From Methylotenera sp. (GTDB taxonomy: Bacteria; Pseudomonadota; Gammaproteobacteria; Burkholderiales; Methylophilaceae): a DNA stretch of 64,000 bases. The position numbers and the translations under genes are program-made. The stretch covers positions 5,557 through 69,556 of the forward strand of contig JBGAVG010000005.1 in the NCBI GenBank assembly GCA_044228245.1. The letters run 5' to 3'. How positions within the stretch are numbered: position 1 is the stretch's first letter; each line of letters opens with the position of its first letter. Positions 27,512-37,367 of this stretch are shown piece by piece. A model generated the notes under the pieces. The model was not told the DNA's origin. It ran no database searches and saw nothing but the letters and a program-made list of their open reading frames with translations.

Positions 27512-30500
27512 TTAGCGGATGATAACCCTTTTCAATAAAATATAAGCAGCAGGTAACACAAATAACGATAACAGCGGCGCAGTCAGCATGCCGCCCACCA
27601 TTGGCGCCGCGATGCGGCTCATCGCTTCTGAGCCAGTGCCAGTGCCGATTAAAATGGGGATCAACCCCGCCAATATCACAGCCACCGTCATGGCTTTTGG
27701 CCTGACCCGCAGCGCGGCGCCTTCAATCAGCGCAGCGTGCAAATCTTCGCTTGTATTGAGCGTGCCCGCAGCTCGATGGCGTTCAACTGCGCCATCCAGG
27801 TATACCAGCATGATGACACCAAACTCAGCTGCCAGCCCTGCCAGCGCAATCATACCAACACCACTGGCAATCGAAAAATGATGGCCTAAAAGATACAGAA
27901 ACCACACCGCCCCCACCAGGGCAAACGGCAGGCTGCCGAGAATCAGAACGGCTGGCGTGATGCGTTTGAAAGCCAAAAACAGCAGGATAAAAATAATGGC
28001 TAGCGTCATTGGCACCACGTAACTCAGGCGTTTTGCAGCACGCTCAAAATATTCAAACTGACCAGACCAGGCCAGTGAATAACCTGCCGGCAGCTGCAAC
28101 TCTTTATCCAGCGCGGCTTTTGCATCCTGCACAAAGCTCCCCAGATCACGGTTATGAATATCGACATACACCCAGACATTGGGGCGCGCATTTTCACTTT
28201 TAATCATCGGCGGGCCGTCGGTCACTTTGACTTCGGCCATATCGCCCAACAGTACGGTTGCGCCCTGTTCGGTAATAATGGGCAGGCTTTTAAGTTTCTC
28301 TACAGAATCACGCAGTTCTCTTGGAAACCGGACGCTGATCGGAAAGCGCGCCAGGCCATCAATCTTTTCAGCAATATTGTCCCCGCCAATGGCTGTCGAT
28401 ATGAACGATTGCACATCCTCAATATTCAAGCCATAGCGCGCGATTTTAAGCCGATCAATTTTTATATCAATATACCGTCCACCAGTCACACGCTCGGCAA
28501 TCACCGAGCCAACACCCGGTACTTTTTTCATAATGCGCTCGACTTCTTCGCCCAGTTTTTCCAGCGTTGCCAAATCCGCCCCGCCAATCTTGATGCCGAC
28601 AGGGCTTTTGATGCCGGTAGAAAGCATGTCGATTCGGTTGCGGATAGGCTGCACCCAGACATTGGCCATACCAGGGATCTTCAGCCTGGCATCCAGTTCT
28701 TCAATCAGTTTTTCGGTGGTCATGCCGGTGCGCCATTCTGCGCGCGGCTTGAACTGAATGGTGGTTTCCAGCATTTCTAGCGGCGCCGGGTCAGTGGCGG
28801 TTTCGGCGCGGCCTGCCTTACCAAATACTGACTTGACCTCAGGCACAGTTTTGATGAGGCGGTCACTCAACTGCAGAATTTCCGAAGCTTTTGAAACCGA
28901 CAAGCCCGGCAACGCGGTCGGCATATAGAGCAGATCGCCTTCATCCAGCGGCGGCATGAATTCACTGCCAAGCCTGCTTAATGGATACAGTGTAATTAAA
29001 ACCAGAACTAAAGCGACGCCCAAAGTGATTTTAGGATAATGCAACACTTTGCTTAATAAAGGCTTATAAATGGCAATCAGCCAGCGATTGAGCGGATTGT
29101 CATGTTCAGGCCGAATGCGCCCGCGAATGAAGATAGTCATCAATACCGGGATCAGTGTGACCGATAAGCCCGCTGCAGCGGCCATGGCGTAAGTCTTGGT
29201 AAAAGCTAATGGCGCGAACAGCTTGCCTTCCTGTGCCTCCAGAGTGAACACTGGGATGAAAGACAACGTAATAATAAGCAGTGAGAAAAACAGCGCAGGG
29301 CCAACTTCACTCGCCGCCTCAATAATCAACTTGATACGTTGCATATTGTCAGGCTCGCCGTGGGTATTCTTGTAATGCTCAAGCTGCCGATGCGCATTCT
29401 CAATCATCACAATCGCCGCATCCACCATGGCGCCGATGGCAATGGCAATGCCGCCCAGCGACATGATATTGGCATTAACGCCTTGATAATACATGACAAT
29501 AAAGCTCACCAGCACGCCGATCGGCAAGGCCACAATCGCTACCAAAGCTGATCTAAAGTGCCATAAAAATACAGCACAAACCAGCGCGACGACGACGAAT
29601 TCCTCAATCAGTTTATGCGTCAGGTTATCTACTGCGCGTTTAATCAGTTGCGACCTGTCGTAGGTAGTCACAATCTCCACGCCTTCCGGCAAACTCTTTT
29701 TCAGTGTGGCAAGTTTGGCTTTTACCGCATCAATCACCTCCAGCGCATTTTGCCCGGCCCGTACTACAATCACACCGCCAGTCACTTCACCCTCGCCGTT
29801 AAGCTCTGCAACGCCGCGCCTGAGTTCCGGTCCGATTTGCACACGTGCCACATCTGATAACAGAATCGGCGTACCGCGGTCACTGATACTCAGTGGAATA
29901 TTGCGAAAGTCATCCAGAGATTCCAGATAGCCGTGCGCTCGCACCATATATTCGGCCTCGGCAGTTTCAACCACGGCACCGCCTGTTTCCTGATTGGCTG
30001 ACTGAAGCGCCGATACAACTTTTGATAATGGAATGCGGTAATTCCGTAATTTGTCAGGGTCAACCTGCACCTGATATTGCCGCACCATACCGCCCAGCGT
30101 AGCGACCTCAGCAACACCTGCAACAGTTTTAAGCTCAAATTTCAGAAACCAGTCCTGCAGAGCGCGCAGTTGACCCAAATCGTGCCTGCCGCTGCGGTCA
30201 ACCAGCGCATATTCATACACCCAGCCTACCCCGGTAGCATCTGGCCCCAGACTGGGATTTACACCTTTGGGCAAACGTGAAGAAATCTGGCTCAGATATT
30301 CCAGCACGCGGGAACGTGCCCAGTACTGATCGGTGCCATCGTTGAATAGAATATAAACAAAAGAGTCACCAAAGAACGAATAGCCGCGCACCGTCTTGAC
30401 GCCGGGCACTGACAGCATGGTAGTAGTCAATGGATAGGTAAGCTGGTTCTCGACAATCTGCGGCGCTTGTCCTGGCCATGGCGTGCGGATAATGACTTGC

Positions 30501-30634
30501 GTGTCAGACAAATCAGGAATCGCATCCAGCGGCGTCCGCAGCATGGCAAATATGCCCCAGGCCACCACCATCAGCGTAGCCAGCAGCACCAGCAAACGGT
30601 TGCCGGCCGACCAGCGTATGAGTCCAGCGATCAT
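27512..30634 (-). CDS. cusA: Heavy-metal (Cu/Ag-type) RND efflux pump, CusA/CzcA family
   Basis: 1040 aa. Long stretches match my memory of E. coli CusA ([68 protein letters not shown]). Confidence 0.9.
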   Translation of the reverse strand: MIAGLIRWSAGNRLLVLLATLMVVAWGIFAMLRTPLDAIPDLSDTQVIIRTPWPGQAPQIVENQLTYPLTTTMLSVPGVKTVRGYSFFGDSFVYILFNDGTDQYWARSRVLEYLSQISSRLPKGVNPSLGPDATGVGWVYEYALVDRSGRHDLGQLRALQDWFLKFELKTVAGVAEVATLGGMVRQYQVQVDPDKLRNYRIPLSKVVSALQSANQETGGAVVETAEAEYMVRAHGYLESLDDFRNIPLSISDRGTPILLSDVARVQIGPELRRGVAELNGEGEVTGGVIVVRAGQNALEVIDAVKAKLATLKKSLPEGVEIVTTYDRSQLIKRAVDNLTHKLIEEFVVVALVCAVFLWHFRSALVAIVALPIGVLVSFIVMYYQGVNANIMSLGGIAIAIGAMVDAAIVMIENAHRQLEHYKNTHGEPDNMQRIKLIIEAASEVGPALFFSLLIITLSFIPVFTLEAQEGKLFAPLAFTKTYAMAAAAGLSVTLIPVLMTIFIRGRIRPEHDNPLNRWLIAIYKPLLSKVLHYPKITLGVALVLVLITLYPLSRLGSEFMPPLDEGDLLYMPTALPGLSVSKASEILQLSDRLIKTVPEVKSVFGKAGRAETATDPAPLEMLETTIQFKPRAEWRTGMTTEKLIEELDARLKIPGMANVWVQPIRNRIDMLSTGIKSPVGIKIGGADLATLEKLGEEVERIMKKVPGVGSVIAERVTGGRYIDIKIDRLKIARYGLNIEDVQSFISTAIGGDNIAEKIDGLARFPISVRFPRELRDSVEKLKSLPIITEQGATVLLGDMAEVKVTDGPPMIKSENARPNVWVYVDIHNRDLGSFVQDAKAALDKELQLPAGYSLAWSGQFEYFERAAKRLSYVVPMTLAIIFILLFLAFKRITPAVLILGSLPFALVGAVWFLYLLGHHFSIASGVGMIALAGLAAEFGVIMLVYLDGAVERHRAAGTLNTSEDLHAALIEGAALRVRPKAMTVAVILAGLIPILIGTGTGSEAMSRIAAPMVGGMLTAPLLSLFVLPAAYILLKRVIIR

Positions 30635-31956
30635 GGTGTAGCTCCCTTCATGTCAGGTGTATCACTCTTCATCTCCCCCTGTTGAACCATATTTTGATTA
30701 GCAAGCCTCGCCAGCACCCCGGACAAAGAGGCCTCCGAGTCAATCAGAAACTGGCCTGATGCCACCACCTCTTCGCCTTCGGATAAACCGCCCAATATCT
30801 CGGTATAGCCATCACGCTCCTGTCCAGTCTCGATTTCTACAGGACGATAACCATGCGCTTCTTTCACAATTACAACGTTGCGTTTGCCTGTCGCGATGAT
30901 GCTTTCGGCCGGCGCTGATAAGGCTTCGTGGGTTTGCCCGGTAAACTTGACATTGGCGTACATGCCTGGTCGAAGAAGATTGCGCTTGTTAGGCAACTCA
31001 ATACGCACCTGCAATGTTCTTGAAACTTCGTTCAAGATTGGATAGAGGTAGCTCACTTTGCCCTTGAATACTTCACCAGGCAGGCTTTGCAACTGCACTT
31101 CAGCAGCCAATCCCGGCTTCAGGCGGGCTGCATCGCGTTCGGGGACTTCTGCAATCAGCCAAACTTGAGATAAGTCAGATGTTTGCATCAACGAGCTGCC
31201 CGTCATCAGCTGTCCGCCTTCACGCACCCCGAGTTCTGTCAGCACACCGGAGGCGGGTGCATAAACGCCAAAGCGTGGGCTGGATTTACCCGTTTTAGAG
31301 ATTCCAGCTATTTCGCCCTCTGACATGCCAAGCAATTTCAGCCGATGACGTGCCGCTTGCTTGAGCGAATTGTCGCCATCAACATCGTTTAAGGTAAGCA
31401 ATGCCAAATACTCTTGTTGCGCAACCAATAATTCCGGCGCATAGACTTCTGCGATTTTCTGCCCCTTGCTCACAGGGTCGCCCACCGCGCGCACAAACAA
31501 CCTTTCTACAAAACCTGGGATACGCGTTTGCACCACGTAGAAACGTCGCTCATCCGGCTCAATACGACCAATGGCCGACAGCGATTCGCCAAAGCTTCTG
31601 GTCGCAACTTTCTCCAGCCGAATTCCCAGATTCTGTGTGGTTTGTGACGAAATGGTAACAGCAGCGGCTTCACTGTCTTTATTAGCTTCACCGCCACCTT
31701 CATCAGCATACTTGGGCTCCAGTTGCATGTCCATAAATGGCGATTTACCTGGCTTGTCAAATTTTTGACCAGGCACCATCGGGTCATACCAGTAAAGCAC
31801 AATCTTGCCGCTTTTGTCTTGCACTACGCCGTTATTCGTAATCTCTTGTGTTGGCATAGCCTCCTGCTTGGAGACTGATAATTTCTCCCAGGCAACCCAG
31901 CCAGCCGCTGCGGCCAACACAATGGACCCTATCAGGATGAGATGGATACGTTTCAT
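30631..31956 (-). CDS. cusB: RND efflux periplasmic adaptor, CusB family
   Basis: 441 aa. [29 protein letters not shown] is the heavy-metal adaptor N-terminal motif. 4-nt overlap with cusA. Confidence 0.85.
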   Translation of the reverse strand: MKRIHLILIGSIVLAAAAGWVAWEKLSVSKQEAMPTQEITNNGVVQDKSGKIVLYWYDPMVPGQKFDKPGKSPFMDMQLEPKYADEGGGEANKDSEAAAVTISSQTTQNLGIRLEKVATRSFGESLSAIGRIEPDERRFYVVQTRIPGFVERLFVRAVGDPVSKGQKIAEVYAPELLVAQQEYLALLTLNDVDGDNSLKQAARHRLKLLGMSEGEIAGISKTGKSSPRFGVYAPASGVLTELGVREGGQLMTGSSLMQTSDLSQVWLIAEVPERDAARLKPGLAAEVQLQSLPGEVFKGKVSYLYPILNEVSRTLQVRIELPNKRNLLRPGMYANVKFTGQTHEALSAPAESIIATGKRNVVIVKEAHGYRPVEIETGQERDGYTEILGGLSEGEEVVASGQFLIDSEASLSGVLARLANQNMVQQGEMKSDTPDMKGATP

Positions 31957-31974
31957 GGTGAATATCCTTTTATC

Positions 31975-33267
31975 TTATTCAAGCATCTGGCTATAGCCAG
32001 ATGGAGCGTTGCCGAATGGATCACTGTTAGTGAGATAGGCCAATTTGATTGCCGCGCGCTGGATGTCCGTTAAAATGGCCCAGTGCTCCATTTCAACTTC
32101 AATCAATCCCCTGCGGGCATCCCATACTTCGGATAGGTTTTGCTTTCCAGCCTGATAGCCTGCCTGCGCAAGACCCAGCAGCGCTTTTGCAGTTGGAATG
32201 AGCCTTTGCTGATGTTCGTCTTCACGCGCCTTAGCGGCCTCCTGATCTGCCATTACACCGGCTAATTCAGCAGATAATTCCAGACGACGGTCCTCCGTCA
32301 GTTTGCGCGCCTTTTCTACCTGAAGCATTTTCTCGGCCGTGCGCTTGTCCTGCCGGTTGGGTCTGTCCCATGGCAAATCAATCGCCACCTGCAATGTCAG
32401 CATATCGCTCAGGTCAGAACGCCGTTTGCCGTACATCACCTCCCAGCTCCAATTCAACTCGCGATCCGCTTTGGCGCGGTCGGTTTCAGAAATCGCGACT
32501 TGCTCTATCTGTTTTGCGTTCAGTACCAGCGGGTGTTTATCGATTTGCTCATTCAGCACATCCCGATTAACAGAGAGGGAATACATGGGCAGCTCGGATG
32601 AGATGGGCTGATTGGCCGCACTGCCAATCCATCTTGATAAAAGCGCACGCGCTTTCCTTTCATCGCGTTGTGCGGTGATAAATAGATGATGGGTATTGGA
32701 AAGCTGGGTGTCCAGTTTGAAAACTTCAGCCAGCTGGGCGCCTCCGGAAGCAATACGCGCCTTAATCACATTACGCTCCGCAGTCATTTCATTCATGATG
32801 CGCTGATACAGCTCTACTTTTCGTTGTGCTTCATAAACGTCCAGCCAGGCCAATCCTGCATCACGTTGGATAGATTTGGATGTGGCTATTTTTTCTGTCT
32901 GATATTGCGTCGCAGTGGCCTGCATGGCCCTTGCGCCTGCTTCACGTTTTGCCGTTGGCACCATTTCCTGCATGACGCCGATCGTTGACATGGTCATGTC
33001 ATCACGGTTAAAACGAAAAGCATCATTCGAAGTCACGGGCAAATTAACGACACCCAGCTTCAGGCGCGGATCCGGTAACTGGCTTGAGGCCACCGCTGCC
33101 GCCATTGAGGATGAAGCGGCATCATCCAGCGACTCAAGCAGCGGCTGATGTTGCGTAGACAAACGCATCGCCTCAGCCAGTGATAGACCCGGCTCAGCAT
33201 ATACATGCAGACTGGCTAGAAACCAGAAACACGCATGGAAAAACAACTTCCATTGTTGGGTAAACAT
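31975..33267 (-). CDS. cusC: TolC-family outer-membrane efflux protein
   Basis: 430 aa with a signal peptide and two-repeat helical content. First gene of the cus-like operon. Confidence 0.75.
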   Translation of the reverse strand: MFTQQWKLFFHACFWFLASLHVYAEPGLSLAEAMRLSTQHQPLLESLDDAASSSMAAAVASSQLPDPRLKLGVVNLPVTSNDAFRFNRDDMTMSTIGVMQEMVPTAKREAGARAMQATATQYQTEKIATSKSIQRDAGLAWLDVYEAQRKVELYQRIMNEMTAERNVIKARIASGGAQLAEVFKLDTQLSNTHHLFITAQRDERKARALLSRWIGSAANQPISSELPMYSLSVNRDVLNEQIDKHPLVLNAKQIEQVAISETDRAKADRELNWSWEVMYGKRRSDLSDMLTLQVAIDLPWDRPNRQDKRTAEKMLQVEKARKLTEDRRLELSAELAGVMADQEAAKAREDEHQQRLIPTAKALLGLAQAGYQAGKQNLSEVWDARRGLIEVEMEHWAILTDIQRAAIKLAYLTNSDPFGNAPSGYSQMLE

Positions 33268-33333
33268 AACAACCTCCGATACTGACTAAAAATAGTCAAA
33301 CTAAAAAAACTGGGCGGATTAACCCTGTGTGAT

Positions 33334-33693
33334 TTAATTCGATATCGGTGGTTTATAGGCGGGAGGATAGTCCTGAGAAGAAAACACCACATTTGCAGGA
33401 AGTGGTGCGGATGACAGCTTGGTTACCAAATTAAAAGATGGCGCAGTGCTGAAGCTGGCGGATGCATTAGCCAGCGCACATATGCCACATGCAAGACATT
33501 GGTGCGTTTTGTGTGCCTGATTGTCCTGGGTTTGATTATCCTGGGCTTGATTCGTATCGTCATGACAACTCATATGCGTTACCACGACATCATGCCCTGT
33601 TGAATCAAGCTGCATTTGCATATTCATTGCCCATGCAGAAGCCATGAATAATGGCAACCAAAGCATTAAAAACAGGCAAATAAGCTTCTTCAT
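33334..33693 (-). CDS. Secreted His/Cys-containing small protein upstream of cusCBA
   Basis: 119 aa with signal peptide MKKLICLFLMLWLPLFMASAWA, then HMSCHDD, the repeat QDNQTQDNQ, and HKTHQCLACGIC. It may belong to the small accessory proteins found ahead of czc/cus operons, but I am unsure of the family. Confidence 0.5.
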   Translation of the reverse strand: MKKLICLFLMLWLPLFMASAWAMNMQMQLDSTGHDVVVTHMSCHDDTNQAQDNQTQDNQAHKTHQCLACGICALANASASFSTAPSFNLVTKLSSAPLPANVVFSSQDYPPAYKPPISN

Positions 33694-33732
33694 GCAAATA
33701 TGATAGATTGATAACGGAATTAGTTCAAGCGC

Positions 33733-34233
33733 TTATACTGCCGACAGCTGGTAACGGATATCAATCACTTCAAATTCCTCTTCACCCTTCGGCGTCTGCA
33801 CGCGCACCGTATCGCCCAACCCCTTGCCCAGCATGGCTTTTGCCAGCGGCGATACCCAACTGATGTAGCCTTGTGAAGGCGCCAACTCATCTTTGCCGAC
33901 AATGCGATAGGTGGTTTCAGTGTCGTTACTCAAGTTAAATAATGTCACCCAGGCGCCAAAATAGATTTTTTCTAGATGCTGCTGTTTAGTCGAATCAACA
34001 ATTTCTGCAAGATCCATTCTTTTCATCAAATGTTTGCAGCGTCCGTCAATCTGCCGCAGGCGACGTTTACCGTAGATATAATCGCCATTCTCGCTTCTAT
34101 CGCCATTGCTGGCCGCCCACGCCACTGTGCGCACCACTTCCGGTCGCTCGACCTTGTAAAGCTGATGAAACTCAGCCTGTAAGGCCGCAAAACCTTCCGG
34201 CGTGATGTAATTTTTTTCGTCAGTGACGGCCAT
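33733..34233 (-). CDS. greB: Transcript cleavage factor GreB
   Basis: 166 aa. ...ERPEVVRTVAWAASNGDRSENGDYIYGKRRLRQIDGR... parallels E. coli GreB. Confidence 0.85.
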   Translation of the reverse strand: MAVTDEKNYITPEGFAALQAEFHQLYKVERPEVVRTVAWAASNGDRSENGDYIYGKRRLRQIDGRCKHLMKRMDLAEIVDSTKQQHLEKIYFGAWVTLFNLSNDTETTYRIVGKDELAPSQGYISWVSPLAKAMLGKGLGDTVRVQTPKGEEEFEVIDIRYQLSAV

Positions 34234-34613
34234 TATTGCTTATCGAGCAACTGCACATCTTGCACAAAGTACCCCGTCTCGCCAAAACAATCCGTCGGAA
34301 TGCCTTTATGCTCCTCGTAAATCAGGCGCACGCGTTTGCCTACAGTCTCATCAATTCTTTTAGCGACTTTTTTATCTCTTACCGTAAAGTGAAACTTTTC
34401 TGCCTGTGTGCCGGGCATGGAAACCAGCACCAATTCGCCCTCATAAGTTTTGCATACCCAGCCCTTTTGCGAGAGCTTTTGCACATAACCCGCACGTTCA
34501 CCCGATGAATACACCCATGTGAGCGCTGCCCATGTGTAGAGCGCAAACAGTAGCAATGGAATCAGCAATAACCAAATAAAATATTTCAAAACCCTTCCAA
34601 TCTGCGCCAGCAT
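34233..34613 (-). CDS. Membrane-anchored hypothetical protein, translationally coupled to greB
   Basis: The ATG at 34613 is preceded by GGAGAA; a longer TTG start at 34661 is less likely. One N-terminal TM helix. Its stop overlaps the greB start (TAATG). Confidence 0.55.
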   Translation of the reverse strand: MLAQIGRVLKYFIWLLLIPLLLFALYTWAALTWVYSSGERAGYVQKLSQKGWVCKTYEGELVLVSMPGTQAEKFHFTVRDKKVAKRIDETVGKRVRLIYEEHKGIPTDCFGETGYFVQDVQLLDKQ

Positions 34614-34673
34614 TGCGTTTCTCCGTTTAAGCGTTTTATTTGCTAAGCCAGCATTATCCAATAGAATGATGCA

Positions 34674-37367
34674 ATGTTAAACACCTTGATTCTTTGCCCA
34701 TCCCCCCGCCTCGCCCGCAGCATTCAAAATGACATCACACGCCTGCAATTACAGGCCGGGCAGCAGCAACGGCAAAGCGCGCCGGTGCTAACGTTATCCC
34801 AATGGCTGGATAACGTGATTGAGGAAGCTTTGCTCAGCGGCGAAATCGCCGAACCGCATGCGCTACTAAGCCCATTTAACGAGCAGTTGTTGTGGGAGGA
34901 AGTCATCACGCAATCGCTTCAAAAGAATGACTTTGGCGAATTGTTTGATGTTACAGGCCTGGCCAGCGCGGCGATTGAAGCGAACCGCTATATGGTTGCA
35001 TGGAAACTGCATGTGCCGCGCGAGCACCAGGCCGAAGAATCGCGTCAATTTATGCAATGGCGACGCGCGTTTCAGCAGCGCTGCAGCCAACTGAATGTGC
35101 TTGAAAGCGTGCGCTATATGGATTGGCAATTGGATTGCCTGGCGCGAAATGCAGGCTTGTTGCCAGCTCGCATTGAATTTGCGGGCTTTGACCAGACTGC
35201 GCCGCAGGAGCAGCGTCTACGCGAGATTTTAATGAAGCACGGCGTGCAAGTAACAGAGTATGTAACAACACAGGCCGAGCCTGCACAAACCCAGCATGTG
35301 AATCTGGAAAATCAGGAAGCCGAATGCCGTGCCGCAGTAGCCTGGGTGAAGCAGCATTTGGACGAAAACCCGAACGCAAAACTGGCGATTATCACACCGC
35401 TACTCAATGAGACCAGAAACCAGTTGGCCGATTTGCTGGATGATGTGTTTTACCCTGCCAGCGTGCGCCCCGGCCTGGCGGAGAGCGCATGCTGTTATAA
35501 CTTTTCACTCGGCACGCCACTGGCGCAGCAGCCCATCATCCAAGCCGCATTAAATATGCTGCGCCTAGTCAGCAGTTACCAGTTGCAGCAGACTGATGTT
35601 TCAGGCATGTTGCTTTCGCCGTTCTGGTCCGCCAGCCAGCAAGAGGCCGACGCGCGCGCCTTGCTGGACGCGAAAATACGCGAACATCTGCCTACACAAT
35701 TCACCTGGGCAAACTTAATCGCCTTTGCCAGAAACCAGCATGGAAAAGGCCTGGACATCGCCCGCTTGCTGGCGGACATACAAAGCGCAAACTCGCTCAT
35801 CCCGAATAGAAAATCCGCCGCTTCACAATGGGTGCAAACGCTGACCGCCTTGCTGGATGCGCTTAACTGGCCAGGCGAGCGTGCGATAACCAGCCTTGAA
35901 CATCAGGCCGTTAACGCTTGGCAAAAAGCGCTGCAGCAGCTAAGCAAACTCGATGTACTCGGCAAAAGCTTCTCCTTGTCCGAAGCCGTGCACGTGATGC
36001 AGAAAATTTGCACAGAGCAGGTGTTTCAGGCTGAAACCTTAGATGAGCCTGCGATACAGATTCTGGGCATGATGGAAGCGCTGAGCGCGCCAGTGGACGC
36101 CATGTGGGTGATGGGCATGAATGACCATATCTGGCCGCCGGCCGCCCGTCCGAACCCGTTGTTGCCCGCGTTTATTCAACGTGCTGCAATGCTACCGAAT
36201 GCAGACAACAGCGTACAGGCTGCGTTTGCAGCTAGCGTACAACAACGTTTGCTGCACTCCGCCGGGCACATTATTTTCTCTAGCAGCCAGACTGAAAATA
36301 ATAGCCAGCTGCGTGCCTCGCCGCTGATGAAAGACATCGCGCCCCTGGAAACCATGCCGCTCGCCGAAACGCTGGCTGAGAAACTGAGCCGCTTAGGCAA
36401 TCAAGATTTAGTTCACGTGGAGGACCATCTCGCCCCAGCGGTGCAGGCTGGCGAGCATGTTTCCGGTGGCACCGGGTTATTCCGGGCACAGGCCATCTGC
36501 CCGGCATGGGCGTTTTACCAGTATCGGCTTGGTGCGAAGGCGCTCAAAACGCCCAGCAATGGCCTGGATGCGATGTCGCGCGGCATTTTGGTGCATGCTG
36601 TTCTGGCAGCATTTTGGCAGAAACGGCATTTTGCAGATTTGCGGGATATGCACGCAGACGACTTTTCGGAAGCGTTAACCCAGGCGATTCAGCAGGCATT
36701 ACAGGACTTTTCAACTGAGCAGAATATTGTTTCCTCCGGCCTATTGGAACTGGAACAAGAGCGGCTGTATAAACTGATCGGTGATTGGCTAGAGTTTGAG
36801 AAAGCGCGTGATATTGCGTTTAATACCGTGGCGTCTGAGGCAGAAAAAAAGGTCATGATTTGCGGCATCGAAGTCACCCTGAAAATTGACAGGATCCACC
36901 AGCTGGAACATGGCGGGATTGAATTCATCGACTATAAAACCGGCCAGAAACCCGACATCAACAGCTGGGGCGAAAACCGTATCATAGAGCCGCAATTGCC
37001 TATTTATGCTGCATTCTACAGCGAAGACGCCAGCCATGTCATCGGCGTACAGTTTGGCATGGTAAAAATTGCCGAACATGCTTTTTCAGGCGTCAGCGAG
37101 ACGGATTTTGAAGCGGAAATCGAAAAGCGCAAGCCTAAATTTACCCAGAATTTCACACATTGGCAGGATCTGCTCGCTCACTGGAAAGCCAGCATTGAAG
37201 CCATGGCGCAAGAAATCAAGTCCGGCGAGGCTTCGATAAAATTCAAGGATGAAAAAGATTTGATGTATTGCGAAGTTGTTCCTGTGTTGCGCCTGCCCGA
37301 ACGGAAATTGCAGTTTGAGCGCTTTAGCACGCTTGATGTAAAAACGGACGAAAGTAACGGCGCATGA
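34674..37367 (+). CDS. addB: AddB-like PD-(D/E)XK nuclease subunit (inactivated-helicase N-terminal part)
   Basis: 897 aa with no Walker A motif. C-terminal nuclease motif ...IDRIHQLEHGGIEFIDYKTGQ. It overlaps the downstream UvrD/RecB-type helicase gene by 4 nt. Confidence 0.7.
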   Translation: MLNTLILCPSPRLARSIQNDITRLQLQAGQQQRQSAPVLTLSQWLDNVIEEALLSGEIAEPHALLSPFNEQLLWEEVITQSLQKNDFGELFDVTGLASAAIEANRYMVAWKLHVPREHQAEESRQFMQWRRAFQQRCSQLNVLESVRYMDWQLDCLARNAGLLPARIEFAGFDQTAPQEQRLREILMKHGVQVTEYVTTQAEPAQTQHVNLENQEAECRAAVAWVKQHLDENPNAKLAIITPLLNETRNQLADLLDDVFYPASVRPGLAESACCYNFSLGTPLAQQPIIQAALNMLRLVSSYQLQQTDVSGMLLSPFWSASQQEADARALLDAKIREHLPTQFTWANLIAFARNQHGKGLDIARLLADIQSANSLIPNRKSAASQWVQTLTALLDALNWPGERAITSLEHQAVNAWQKALQQLSKLDVLGKSFSLSEAVHVMQKICTEQVFQAETLDEPAIQILGMMEALSAPVDAMWVMGMNDHIWPPAARPNPLLPAFIQRAAMLPNADNSVQAAFAASVQQRLLHSAGHIIFSSSQTENNSQLRASPLMKDIAPLETMPLAETLAEKLSRLGNQDLVHVEDHLAPAVQAGEHVSGGTGLFRAQAICPAWAFYQYRLGAKALKTPSNGLDAMSRGILVHAVLAAFWQKRHFADLRDMHADDFSEALTQAIQQALQDFSTEQNIVSSGLLELEQERLYKLIGDWLEFEKARDIAFNTVASEAEKKVMICGIEVTLKIDRIHQLEHGGIEFIDYKTGQKPDINSWGENRIIEPQLPIYAAFYSEDASHVIGVQFGMVKIAEHAFSGVSETDFEAEIEKRKPKFTQNFTHWQDLLAHWKASIEAMAQEIKSGEASIKFKDEKDLMYCEVVPVLRLPERKLQFERFSTLDVKTDESNGA

